Shown here in pieces: positions 28,708 to 41,765 of a DNA stretch of 64,000 nt. Under the pieces are notes generated by a model. It had not been told where the DNA came from and ran no database searches. It saw nothing but the letters and a program-made list of their open reading frames with translations. Numbering within the stretch: position 1 is the stretch's first letter; each line of letters opens with the position of its first letter. The DNA comes from Octopus vulgaris (lineage: Eukaryota): contig OX597823.1 in the NCBI GenBank assembly GCA_951406725.2, positions 44,578,001 to 44,642,000 on the forward strand, given 5' to 3'. Position numbers and translations under genes: made by a program.

Positions 28708-28890
28708 CTGGCGGAATCGTCAGCACGCCGGGTAAAATGCTTAGCAGTATTTCGTCTGTCGTCACGTTATGAGTTCAAATTCTGATAAGGTTGACTTTGC
28801 CTTTCATCCTTTCGGGAACACTGAGGTCAATATAATCGACTTAACCCTTCACCCCGAATTTGCTAGCCTTGTCCTAAAATTTGAAATCAT
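28708..28890 (+). mobile_element. SINE family B
   Basis: Homologous to 6510-6723 and 11826-12060. Confidence 0.7.
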
Positions 28891-29006
28891 TATTAAATAA
28901 ACAAATATTTTCACAAGGTAATTATATTTCTTATCCACAGGGACATATTTAATTCAACCTTAATATATATATGTGTGTGTGTGTATGTGTGCGTATGTGT
29001 GTGTGT

Positions 29007-29372
29007 GGAGGAGGAGCAATGGGCCGGTGGTTAAGGCAGCGGACTTGCTACTGTAGGATAGCAGTTTCGATTCCCAGACCGGGCGTTATGAGTATTTATG
29101 GAGCGAAAATATCTAAAGCTCCGCGAGGCTCCGGCAGCGGGGTGGTGCGGACCCTGCTGTACTCTTTCACCACAACTTCCTCTCACTCTTTGTTTCTGTT
29201 GTACCCGTATTTCAAAGGACTGGGCTTGTCACACTGAATCTCCCCGAGAACTACGTTATGGGTACACTTGTCTGTGGAGTGCTCAGCCACTTGCACGTTA
29301 ATTTCACGAGCAGGCTGTTCCGTTGATCGGATCAACTGGAATCCTCGTCATTGTAACCGACGGAGTGACACG
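29007..29372 (+). mobile_element. tRNA-derived SINE, family C
   Basis: tRNA-like head GGCCGGTGGTTAAGGC...GTTTCGATTCCC; body resembles the reverse complement of 38922-39206. Confidence 0.65.
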
Positions 29373-29386
29373 ATGACACACACACA

Positions 29387-29480
<94 letters not shown>

Positions 29481-29759
29481 GATATATATATATATATATA
29501 TATATATTCCATTCCAATGCTACTACATGAAAGGGCAATAACAAAAACCAATGAGTCTGGTTTTAAGCTACTTTTTAAAAATATTTATTCTATTATCGAA
29601 ACGAACAAAATTAAGTACAAAATCGATCGCTAAGTAGCAACAGACACTTAGACGCGATATCAGTTGTACACATAGATGCAATAATGTTAATACACATAGA
29701 CATAATATCAGTAATACACATAGACGCAATAACAGTAATATAGATAGACGTAGTTACAC

Positions 29760-29921
29760 AGGGCGCCGGCGTGGCTGTGTGATAAGAAGCTTGTTTCACA
29801 ACACTTGGTTCCGGTTCAGTCCCATTACGTGGCACTTTCGGCAAGTGTCTTCTACTATAGTTTTGGGCCAACCAAAACTTTGTGAGTGGATTTGGTAGAC
29901 GGAAACTGAAAGAGGCCCATC

Positions 29922-29974
<53 letters not shown>

Positions 29975-30087
29975 CCTGCTCGCTTAGCCAGCGGGGTGGC
30001 GTCATTTGAAGGCTAAAGCAATGCGAAGCGCATTGTGACCAGCGATGTGTAGCAACATCTGATAGCCTACTCGGTGACGGTAATGAC

Positions 30088-30131
<44 letters not shown>

Positions 30132-30372
30132 TGTATTATGTACTATTTATGTATGTATGTGTGTGTTTGTCTGTACTTTATGTGTGTGTTTGTCACCCTC
30201 TTTGTGTTTATGTCATTGTAACTTAGAGGTTCGCCAATAAAAGTCTGATAGAACAAGTACCAAGCTTAACTGGAATATGTACTGGCGTCGATTCATTCGA
30301 CTAAAATTTCTTCAAGGCGGTGCCCCAGCATGGCCGCAGTCTAATAACTGAAACAAGTAAAAGATAAAAGAT
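29760..30372 (+). mobile_element. SINE family A with a ~120-bp fragment (29972-30089) nested in its internal (TA)n
   Basis: Head at 29760-29922 and tail at 30215-30372 match other copies. Confidence 0.7.
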
Positions 30373-30929
30373 ATATGTATAACAATTTATGCAGTAAATA
30401 AATCGGAAGAATAAAAATATTTGCTGAAATGGCCTTTTATTATATGGTTACAATGTAAGACACAACTTCTTCGAGTTGCTGTTGTATATGCATTATTTGC
30501 AGTTTTGTTATCTTTTCTGTGGTTAGTTACGTTAATCTTTTGTTGACTGCTAGGAGAACGGATGGGAAAAAGAGCGAAGTTAGACAATTAGAGAGGCTGA
30601 AAGTTGAGTGGCCTCTCGCATAAGTTGCTTCTTCCTCCGGCGCCATGTGATAAGAGATAGAACCGAATGGGAATTCCGTATTTACATATTTTCTAATTAA
30701 ATTAAGTCAGGCTAAACAAAAAAATTTTCCGTCTCCCATCTGCCATGAACTAAATTTTACTCGAAAAGGTACAAGTTAACAGTTGATTTTCATAAATTTC
30801 TCAGTACAAAAGCTGAGAACAATAGAAAGGGACTCGTAGAAAAATATAGATTTGGTTTCGAATCTTGGTTAAGAATCTAGGAAGCTATTCGCTACAGCTG
30901 TGATATTATTAATATATATACTTTTCTAG

Positions 30930-31133
30930 TCTAGGCACAAGGCCTGAAATTTTGGGGGAGGGGGCAAGTCAATTAGATCGACTCCAGTACGCAACTGGTA
31001 CTTAATTTATCGACCCCAAAAGGATGAAAGGCAAAGTCGACCTCGGCGGAATTTGAACTCAAAGCGTAAAGACAGACAAAATACTGCTAAGCATTTCGCC
31101 CGACGTGCTAACGTTTCTGCCAGCTCACCGCCT
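30930..31133 (-). mobile_element. SINE family B
   Basis: Reverse complement matches 11826-11990. Confidence 0.75.
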
Positions 31134-32661
31134 GTATTATTAATATATATATAGATGCAATAACAGTAACACACAAACGTGCTAAGCGTAGCACGCATAG
31201 ACGAAATTAACGGGAATATACTTGGACGTAATAACTAGTACATATGGACATAAAGGTACATCAAATAACAATAAGGATTTTGCCCTAAAATTTGGTCGAG
31301 AAAACTAGATAATGGAACAAGTTGATTTTAGCGAATTCATATTGTAATTGAAATAAATATATTTGATTGTGAAATGACAACATTTGATGAGATTTTTAAT
31401 ATTTGCACAAAATAGTCACACCAAGGAAGAAGTTCAGACAGAACAAATGAGATCTATTCTTTCTGATTATTTTAGTAGTATCTTCATATTGAACTACTTC
31501 TTTGCATACAACTGTTCAATACAAATCACATCTAAATTATTTCGATTACTTTATCCCATACTGTTGCATAGATAACTCTTCAATTTTCTGAGGATAATAA
31601 AAATTGCTCAGGAGAGTATGAATTGCAGTTCTATAGAAGTACAGGTGCAACACTGACTTTCGAGATACTGAAGGCCCGAGACCGCTTATAATTCGCTCGG
31701 ATTTGTACTAAACTACAAGCATCTCAATTTCACTTAATTATTTAAGTGAATTTGATATTTAGTTTTGGCTGTTTCGACTAAGGCAACCAGCTCTAATTCA
31801 CAAAAATTAATAAGCCGGAAAACTTTTGGAACCAAAGATTCAGGAAAATCGAAGTTCTACCTATATTGAATGTCGAAAAGCTAATATCTCTGCTCTAAGG
31901 ATTCACCACAAAAATCTTCCAAAGAAGTTGTTGGTCGAAGTTTTTCCTTTGATCTCTTCTCCCCAGAAACTGAGCCTTATTCGGCCACATCCCTATTCCT
32001 CTGCCACATTTACCAATAGCAGTGTATCAAAGCAAAATATAAGAAATTATTGGTCAATATAAAGATAAAGTAGAATAAACTTAACCAGTGTAGAAAGAAG
32101 AAACATAATGACCACTCTTGTTCATAACCAACAAATGAAATGACTATCGATAAGCATGTAAACTAGACGACAGTGAGAAAACTATAGCTTCTCTGCAGGG
32201 AAAAGACACAATAAAATGAGATCCTAGTACACTCAACAGCAAAATACCTACTTGTAGCTAATAATGATAATAAATGAGTCATGACTGAGCTAGAGAAGGC
32301 TATAAGAGTAAATTCACCTGGTTAACAGTATAAAGAACGGATTTTTTCATAGTGTTAACTGAGAAAAAAGACAAGTAACAGCAAAGTTAATATAATGTGC
32401 AAACAGGTCAAAAGAAAGAAAGAAATAGATTAATTCTACTCGGTAATTATAGAAAACGATGGAATGCAAAAACGCAGAAAATATTTCAATAGATGTTACT
32501 CAAAATAAACCAGAAATGAAACAATGTGTAAATCCGAGGAAGATATTATTCACGGTACTTATCGGATGATTCTTGTTCATCATAATGATGCAAAATGAAC
32601 GCGTTGCAGTTACAAATTAACGAGAAACTGTGACTTCTGCAAGTGTACAATCACGAATAGA

Positions 32662-32724
<63 letters not shown>

Positions 32725-32739
32725 CATATATACATATAT

Positions 32740-32945
32740 AAAGGGAAAGTTTACGAAAATAAACAAAAGACGAAGGCAGGTGGAGTACAAGCAAACAAAT
32801 GTATTAGTATAGCGCTCAGGAATAGAAAAAGTTTTTTACGTTTCGAGCCTACGCTCTTCGACAGGAAGATACACAGAAAAAAACAAGGAAAGAAAAAAAT
32901 GCGTGTAGTAGCTAACGATCTATCATGGCGTCCTGACTTCGGACA
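32740..32945 (-). mobile_element. PLE-type terminal repeat island in (TA)n with hammerhead-like motif
   Basis: Homologous to 57010-57200. Minus 32833-32868 reads cttc CTGTCGA a gagc-gtag-gctc GAAA cg TA aaaa. Confidence 0.55.
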
Positions 32946-32952
32946 ATGTATA

Positions 32953-33020
<68 letters not shown>

Positions 33021-33713
33021 GAATCTTTGTGGTTTTCGTCACTCTCTACAATTTTGCTCCAATTATTTTCAAATTTGGCATATGAATTAAGTTTTATATT
33101 CAAATTATGAAAATAAAATTCATTTCCCATATAAATCCATAATTAAAATGTTATTAGCCATTACAATTTGTAAAATTTGGGTATTTTAGCCAATAAGAAG
33201 AGAGTATTTTACACATCACCGTGGCGAATAACTTTGTTTCCATAGTAACCAAAACAAAGAAGCACCACGTGTGCCATAGCCGATTGCAAAGAACTCTGTC
33301 TCCATAGTAACCAAAGATGTTATGCAAGTGCACAAGGAGTGTAACCACCAAGTGTTTTATAATCTGTTTTCATAACAGATGGGACTCACACTCATCGAAT
33401 TGAAAGCATCTGGGCATCTTTAAAGCGTGGAAACAAAAACCGGTGTTGGACACACCTTCCATGGTTGGTTCTTATCTTTGTGAATTTCTGTGGAGAAGGA
33501 GATATGAAAAATATATTTTTTTATAAGATCCTTGAGTGTATTGCAAACTTTCGTTCTTGAATTTTTTAAACTAATAAATGTCGGTTTAAGCAATGCTTTG
33601 ACTGTTATTTCTAGCAACATTTGTTGGTTTGCTCGTAGCTTTTAAATATTCAATTTGTTCGCTAATGTTTTTGACATTTTTTCACTGTTTACTATAGCTG
33701 GTTTAATGTTTTG

Positions 33714-34315
33714 ATATTTATAGTATTTCGAGTGAAATAAATTCACTGATCTACAAAATTAGAACTATTGCATTTGTAAATCTCTCAGAGAGACTTATAC
33801 AGTAGTAGCACGATAAAGTGATGGTTTATTGCCAACTTAATGTGGCAGTCCCAGGAAAGGGAAGAATGCTACTGCTATTTAGCCCCAGGAAACACCGTTT
33901 CCAGTTGGGTATGTGACACAAGCGTTCTGTGTCCTTAAGTTTTCAAACAGGGAAGATAAACACCTCCACCTGTAGATCAGTGAATTTATTTCACTTGAAA
34001 TTCTATAAGTTTTTAAAGGAGGATAAGCATCGACAGGTAGCAAGCCAAGCTACTCCAGACTGATGAAGAGCAATGACTCTGGAAATAGTCTCTGGATACT
34101 GGGTTTGTTGGGTGGAGGTGCTTATCTCCCCTGTTTGAAAACTTAAGGACACAGAACGCCTGTGTCACATAGCCAACTGGAAACAGTGTGTCCTGGGGCT
34201 AAATAGCAGTGGCATTCTTCCCTTTTCTGGAACTGCCACATTAAGTTGGCAACAAACCACCACTTTATCGTGCTGCTACTGTATAAGTCTCTCTAAGAGA
34301 TTTAGAAATGTAATA
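33714..34315. repeat. Interleaved inverted repeats enclosing a hammerhead-like motif
   Basis: Arms 33766-33970 / 34111-34315 (~205 bp) and 33714-33754 / 33971-34010. Confidence 0.85.
34054..34096 (+). ncRNA. Minimal type I hammerhead-like motif
   Basis: tccaga CTGATGA agag-caatga-ctct gGAAA tag TC tctgga. Perfect 6-bp stem I; stem III is defective. Confidence 0.55.
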
Positions 34316-34395
34316 CACACACACATATATATACACATATACATACATATATATATAAACTTAAAAATATGTGAACGTGTATGCATATACGTGTA

Positions 34396-34444
<49 letters not shown>

Positions 34445-34461
34445 GAGGCATGCAACCTAAT

Positions 34462-34951
34462 GAATATTTCCCTTCATCAGTTGTCCCTATTTCATCTACT
34501 CCGCATTCGAAGGCAAGGACAATACGCGACTTCGTTGAAGCAGTCCTTCCCGCAAAGCAATCCCTATTCTTCTCATCTCCTCTTCACTGTTCTCTCTCTC
34601 ACTCTTCCTCCTTGACTCTCTCGTCACTGACACGTGACGAAAGGGAATCTATCTTTCTGCCCATTTCTTTCCTAAAGACAAGACGTGCTTATACATGTCT
34701 CCATTTATATGCTCGTCCTCCTAGTGTTCATAATAATTTTTCTATCTTCTTAGCTTAACAGCTCTCACCGTTTGTTTTTACTGTCGTGTTCTCACTGTCC
34801 TGTTCTTGTTACCACTTTCACCCTCCGATAAAAAAATCCCAAATTTTATTTAATTTGTTTTGCGGGAATGACTGTTTCAACGAAGTTGCGTATTGCCCTT
34901 GCCTTCGAACGTGGAGTTGATGAAACAGGGACAACTGATGAAGGGGAATAT
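34462..34951. repeat. Inverted repeat (~97-bp arms) in a (TA)n-flanked island
   Basis: 34462-34560 is the reverse complement of 34856-34951 with scattered substitutions. Confidence 0.85.
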
Positions 34952-35149
34952 TCTTTAGGTTGCATGTCTCGTTTCTCTATTTGTTTATATTTTTCGTTGT
35001 TGGAAAAGAAGTTCGTTTTCTATGTTTTGTTTCTTATGTTTTCGTTTCTCATTGTGTTCAACATTTTTTTGATGTCCTGTACCCATATATGCATGTATAT
35101 ATACATATATATGTAGGTATGTACATATATGTATATATATGCATATATT

Positions 35150-35188
<39 letters not shown>

Positions 35189-35195
35189 CATACGT

Positions 35196-35272
<77 letters not shown>

Positions 35273-36351
35273 AATTTGTATAGTGTATATGTATGTATGT
35301 GTGTAGAGAAGCCGATAGAATAAGAACTGGGTTTGAAAAAATCTGGTACTGGGGTCCAGTTTTCCACCAAACCCTTCTAGGAAGTGCCCCAGCATGATCG
35401 TAGTCCAATGACTGAAGCATGTGAAAGATAAACGATAAAGAAAGATATGTATGCATCTGAGTGTATGTGCATGTGTATCAGTGTTTGTGTGAGTGAGTGT
35501 GTATTCGTGCGTGTTCATTATATTTGTCGTTATACATATTCTGATCTGCGAAAATAGATTATTATTTCGTGTCTCTATGGAATTTTCCATTATTTCTCGT
35601 ATCAAGAGGTTTGGGAACTGAGATTTTTGTTCGCGAATCTAGAAAACATTATAAATGTCTGAAAATAGTGTGAGCGAAATTCGAAGAATATTTCTGATAG
35701 GGTTTGCGGCGAGAACGTTTATTGCTGACTATCACGACTGTAGATAGATCACAATGATTGAACAGATATTGAATGATTTCCGAAATAAGCTTGAAATATT
35801 TCTAAATACAAATATTTACACAAATCTCTAAAAAGATACACAGAAAATAAAGTAAAAAGCGAACAAATAACAACTATCCCAACATTTATAAAGAATCCTC
35901 TTTGTTTGATGACAATGAGAGCTTTGTAATAGAAGCAGAAATTCTTCAATAAAAGGGAAATTGTAGCAATACATAAAAGAAACAAAAATATTGTAAAACC
36001 AAACCACTTACTTGAATGGTAAATATATTACAACATGGCATACGTAACAAAATATTACGTCTTAATTAAATAAATAAGCTGACATTTCACCAAAATATAT
36101 TTCAGCCCGAAATGAAACATCAAATTCTATTCTTTCTTTGCCCCCAAATATGAAGGCGTTTCGAATCTTGTTGTTTACGAACGTATGTCAAAATATAAAT
36201 GCAAATATTTTTATAAGTTGGGTGTACTCAATACATGTAGTAGAGTTTATTTATTCGTTTGAGGCTGATGATTGACACTCTGTTGCTACTCCCACATTCC
36301 TTCACGCTTCTTCGAGGCGGTGCTTGGTATTTACAAATCCTTTATCTCGTA

Positions 36352-36813
36352 TCTCTTACTTGTTTCAGGCATTAGACAACGGCCATGCTTGAAGAATGTT
36401 TTTCGAACGAATCGAACCCAGTGCTCATTGTTTTAAGGCTTAGTACTTATTCTAGCGCTCCTTTTTGCCGAACTGCTTAGTGACGGGGATGTTAACAAAC
36501 CAACACCGGTTGTTAAGCGGTGGTGGGAGACAAATATAGACTCAAATATATGTATATATATGGAGGCGCGTGGTTTAGTGGTTAGGGTGTCAGCACCATG
36601 ATCGTAAGATTGTGGTTTCGATTTCTGGACCGGGCGACGCGTTGTGTTCTTGAGCAAAACACTTCATTTCACGTTGCTCCAGTCCACTCAGCTGGCAAAA
36701 ATGAGTAACGCTGCGATGGACTGGCGTCCCGTCCAGCTGGGGAACACATACGCCATAGAAACCGGGAAACCGGGCCCATGAGCCTGGCTAGGCTTTAAAA
36801 GGGCGCATTTATT

Positions 36814-36902
<89 letters not shown>

Positions 36903-37047
36903 TATACAACTGGATTCTTTCAGTTTCCGTGTAACAAATCCACTCACAAGGCGTTGGTCAGCCCGTGACTATAGTAGAAGACACATGCTTAAGGCGCCAC
37001 GCCTTAGTAGGACTGAACCATGTAGTAGGGAAGAAAACTTCTTACAC
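36352..37047 (-). mobile_element. SINE family A, interrupted by a nested SINE
   Basis: Tail at 36352-36535 and head at 36910-37047. Confidence 0.7.
36562..36815 (+). mobile_element. tRNA-derived SINE with CORE-like central segment, nested
   Basis: A box TGGTTTAGTGG, B box GGTTTCGATTTC, then TGTGTTCTTGAGCAAAACACTT. Confidence 0.7.
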
Positions 37048-37990
37048 AAATTTCAATTGCAAAATTATATGTAATGGTAGTCTGCAAAATATTTAAAATC
37101 GATAATTCTTTTCTATTCTTTTTACTATTTTCTACTATCGAAAAAGTGCTGTGTATTCCAAGACCATTATAAAACATCAAGGTCTTAGATATGTAACATT
37201 ATGATCAACTGATTTTATTCAATCAAAATAAGTAGACGAAAGTTCTCTCTGAGTCTAAAAAATTATATACTGCAAACGAGGGATTTGATTCACTAACAGC
37301 AGTATTGCTAAAAATCTTTGAGCAGTATACACCCCTAAGATGTGAATGGAAATGATCTTTAAAATTCAACTGATGAAAGCAGTGGACATGTTACGGACTT
37401 GTTAGATCTCTTCAGCAATGCGTATTCAACTCAGCTGAAAATTCGTTAGGAGACTGTTCTGTAAACAAACATTAAGAGCCTGTCAATTTATTACGTGTAT
37501 ATATTGATTTGAAAAACTCATGTCAGCAACAAACACTCCCTTGTTTATAATCTCAGATCATCAAAGTGTTTTTCAGCTCAATATACTACGCTATCACATT
37601 TGTATTTACTATTCAGGTCGTTACTCAGGAGCATAGTACTGATATTCGTAAACAGCGCTACTACATTCCCTACACACACACACACAGTCACACACACAAT
37701 CAGACACACACACATACAATCACACACACATACACAAACACATACACACACACGCACATACGCACATACATATATAACTCTTATTCTATAGATTATTGCG
37801 TAAGATATTCCTGCCGAAAAGGTGCAAAAAGAGCGAAATATGTCCGTTGCTTTCATCTGTTGGGTTTTAAAGACTAAATAGACTCTAATTGTTTTTTTTA
37901 TCTTTTATAAGATTGGTATGGACGGTATGAGTAGGAACCCGTGGAAATCATATGAATTTGCCGTATCAAAGCCAAGGTTATTTGAGAAAA

Positions 37991-38232
37991 TATTATAAAT
38001 TTTATAGATAAAATATTTTTTTCTAGGAACGAATTACGATTTATAACATTGCTGCTATGGGAAATTATTGCTCTGCTTTACGAGTTTTCGCTTTAAAAGC
38101 AGTCTCCAGGAACAAATTAACTCGTAGATTAATCGAAAACTCGTAAAGCAGAGCAATAATTTCCCATAGCAACAATGTTATAAATCGTAATTCGTTCCTA
38201 GAAAAAATATTTTATCTATAAAATTTATAATA
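37991..38232. repeat. Near-perfect palindrome (~105-bp arms, ~31-bp spacer)
   Basis: 37991-38097 versus 38129-38232. A pogo/Tigger-like TIR end (CCTCGTAAAGTGAGGCATTATTG-TA) lies at 38637-38661. Confidence 0.85.
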
Positions 38233-38921
38233 CTCCTAAATTAATGGCAATAAAACAACAGTAGAATGTAAAGAATATTTCACGTAAAGTAAAAAGAATG
38301 TCACGATTATTTATACTAAAAATATATTATTATTATTATAATCGTTTCCTGAATCATTTTCACTCGCACTAGACTCGCGCACACCATCACTTGTAGTCGT
38401 GATCATCGATTCACAAGCACTCGTAGACGGACTTGTAGATTTCTTTTTAAAAATCTAGTCTCTAGTTGTTTGCTTAGAAGACGCTCTTATTCGCCCTCTA
38501 TAAATTTCTTGGTAAGACGTAGAAGCGTTTGTTATGGTAGTAGAATCTGTTGCACTTCGTTCAAGATTTGGATCTTGTGCTTGAAAAATTTATAATAAAA
38601 TAAAATTCGTAAACCAGGGGGTCTCGTAAAACGGGTCCTCGTAAAGTGAGGCATTATTGTACTTAGGAATAGTGATTGTGATACACTACAACATGCTAAA
38701 ATGAAAGGGAAAGTTGTAGCTGTGCATTATAAAAACATCAATATCAAATGATAAAATCCGTCAGGAATATAATTCCAAATATAAATATAGTAACCATCTA
38801 TCCCTCTGATAAACTAGAACTTCAATATAATCATTCGAAATCTGAGCAAATTGCAAGGCTTAGTAACACAATTAAACTATCTACTACTTTCTAAATCCTC
38901 CGGCCAAGAACTGAAATAGAT

Positions 38922-39206
38922 GTTCCTTCTCGAGCCACGCCTGGCTCATAAGGGCCGGTCTCCCAGTTTCCTTGGCGTATAGGCTCTCCACCTGGACGGG
39001 ACGCCGGTCCGTCGCAAGTGAGCTGCAAGACGCAGGAGGAAAGAGTGAGAGAAAGTTGTGGCGAAAAAGCCAGCAGAAGTTCGCCATTACCTTCTGCCGG
39101 AACCGCGTGGAGCTTAGGTGTTTCGCTCATAAACACACATATCGCCCGGTTTGAGATTCGAACCCGCGAGTCCGCTGCTCTAACCACTAGGCCATGTGCC
39201 CTCCAC
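38922..39206 (-). mobile_element. tRNA-derived SINE with 11-bp TSD
   Basis: Head TGGCCTAGTGG...GGTTCGAATCTC on the minus strand; CTGAAATAGAT at 38911-38921 and 39209-39219. Confidence 0.8.
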
Positions 39207-39559
39207 AGCTGAAATAGATATGATGTATCCACCATGTGCATTTTGTAAAAGTAACCTGATGAAAATAGAGAATTATAGCTCAATAGCAATAGTGAGTCTT
39301 TACTTTCACGCAAAATAACATGGAAAAGCAAAGAAAGCAAACTTTTTTGTGTGTAGAAGTTACTAAGTAAAATACAAAGTAGAAGCTAAGCTAATTATAT
39401 GAAAAGAAAAAGATTAAATACAACCACTATACTAAAGAAAACATTTTAAAAAGATAAAATCAAAACAGAACTCAAAGTAAAATTATGAAAAGCAGCAAGA
39501 AGACCTATGTAGAAACGACGCTGCAAGACTGGGTTGAAAGGGAGTTAGCCAGTATGAAA

Positions 39560-40620
39560 GCCAAAAAGAGTTTGTACGTTTGAATGCAGTAAAAACGAAA
39601 CGTTTGATGCTTAACCGCTAAAGATCAATGATTAACTGCAAAATACTAAAATAGACAATAAAGCAAAAGGCTGACGTCAGCGGAAGGCTATACAATCATC
39701 GTAAATTTCCGGTTGCCAGTTTTCGCAGCGACACAATACATTCACATTCACAACCGGTTGGGTTGCTGCATACATTCTGAAATATGCAAACATTTCCACA
39801 CCAACACACGAATAAATGGGATGAGCATTCACCAAATCCGGTATGTAACAGTGACACAATTATAATGTAATGCGATATGTCTTCCCATATTGAGAAAGAG
39901 TTGAAAGTGACCCACCTCCAGTTATCATAACGAAAGTGAAAAAGAAAATTGTTTGCTCCCTGACAGGCGTTCCAATCTCTTCCGATGAAAACATCATTGA
40001 GATACTTCTCGAAGTAAAATAAGCAAGTTGTGAAATATAGGAGAGAAAAATTCTGTAAAGAATAGATTATAAATGGATATGAACAAAAGCATAAAACTAC
40101 ACCAGAGCTCATGACTTGTTTTAAGGAAACTGAATGTTAATTGAATAATGAAGATAACAATAATTGTTTCTAACATAGGCATAAGGCCATAGATTTAGGA
40201 AAAGGGGCTGATTAATTAAATCTACCTCATTACTCCATTAGTTATGTTATTTTATCAACCCAGAAGGATCAAATGCAAAGTCAATCTCGACAGGATTTCG
40301 ACTCAACATAAAGAGCCGTAACTGAATACCACAAGGCATATTGTCCGGCTCCCTTGTCATTCAACAAATTCAATGATCAGGGTCAAATTTGGTGCAGCTA
40401 ATAACAAAGTAGCAGGACCTAGCCATTGAGTTACAGAAGTTATGGAAAGTGTGGATAAAATGTATCCCTTTAGGAACCATTCCTAAAGATTTGAACAGAT
40501 GTATAGAAGAAAGAGGCATAAAACTTTGTTCAGTGCAGCTACAGAAAAACAATATTCTTAGGGACAACTAGGATACTTAAGAAGGTTATTGGCATCTAAG
40601 GTTACTTGTAATTCGATGTT
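39560..40620 (+). mobile_element. R4/Dong-like LINE 3' remnant, interrupted by a degenerate family B SINE (~40195-40350)
   Basis: ISGC...HNRL..IHSEICKHF...KWDEHSPNPV, and later QDLAIELQKLWKV...LGTIPKDL...LQK. Confidence 0.6.
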
Positions 40621-40896
40621 TGAGATTTTTTCCAACGGTGTAAACTGTTGTGCGTAAATGAAATAATAATAATAATGATGATTTCTTTTACTTGCCACCA
40701 GGGCGAGTGATGACGGGATGAAACAAAAGAAGACATAAAATACGGAGTTTACAAATAATGAAATAATAGAAAAAAAATGTGATATTGCAAGACTGTGTTG
40801 GAAGAAAGAAAAGAAAATTAATAAGTCGTGAAAATTGTGTGAAAAGCGAAAAAAAAAATCAAAAGTCAAAAACAACCTAGCTTGATAACCTTAAAA

Positions 40897-41081
40897 CAGT
40901 GCTCGGCAACCAGTGTGCCGCAGCACACTGGTGTGTCACGAGGCAATGCAAGGCGTGCCACAGTGTAACCTGAATGCAATTTTTCCCCTATACTTTTAGT
41001 TATAGTTTTATTTCAGGTGTGCTGCTGAATTTTGAAAAGAATGTAAGTGTACCGCAAGTGAAAAGAATTTGCAGAGTACTG
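40897..41081. mobile_element. hAT-type MITE
   Basis: Ends CAGTGCTCGGCAA / TTGCAGAGTACTG; imperfect 8-bp TSD CCTTAAAA / TCCTAAAA. Confidence 0.6.
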
Positions 41082-41169
41082 TCCTAAAAATGTAAAGGGT
41101 AAATTAAATATCTTGATACACTGAAATCTACTGATGTAATAACACCAAATGAATGCAAGAAGAGAGTGA

Positions 41170-41765
41170 AAAGAGAACTTGAAAAGGAATGGAAGGACAA
41201 ATTCATGCATGGACCGTACACTAAAGATAAAGTGGGCATTGATTGGGATAAGAGTTAATCGTGGCTTTTAAATGGTGATGTGAAAGGATGCATTGAAGAT
41301 CTTGTAAGCAGCGAACTAACTACATTAATATCATGCAGACAAAACGAAAGAATCACCATTATGTAGAATGTGTGGAACAAAAGGAGAAACGGTCAGCCAT
41401 CTTATAAAGCGAATATGCTAAGTTGCCATAGTGAGAGTCCAAACGACGACATGATAATATTGCAAGATATATCCACTAGATGATAGCTGAGAAATGTGGG
41501 TCTGTCAGAACAGCTTAATGGTGTGAACAGAAACTGGAAGGGGTGTTAGAGAATGACAGATTAACAAATTTAAGCTTTTGTGGGACTTACTCATACAGTA
41601 TGATAGAATGATTGCGGCTGGAAGGCCAGACATTGTAGTTGTAAACGAGAAAGAAAAAGAGACCCAAATTATTGATATACCTTTTCCAGAAGATAGTTGA
41701 ATAAAAGATAATGAGCGTGAAAAGATTGAGAAGTATGAGACACTGAAGGAGGCGGTTGGAAAAGT
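41170..41765 (+). mobile_element. R4/Dong-like LINE remnant (zinc knuckle and restriction-like endonuclease)
   Basis: KFMHG, CRMCGTKGETVSHL, KRRHDNIARYIH, KLLWD, RPDIVVVNEKEKETQIIDIPFP and EKIEKYETL. Confidence 0.8.

Noticed and set aside
29007-29085. Possible tRNA genes at SINE heads (also 36562, 39130-39206)
   Set aside because: A/B boxes are present but I find no complete cloverleaf, and each runs into a SINE body.
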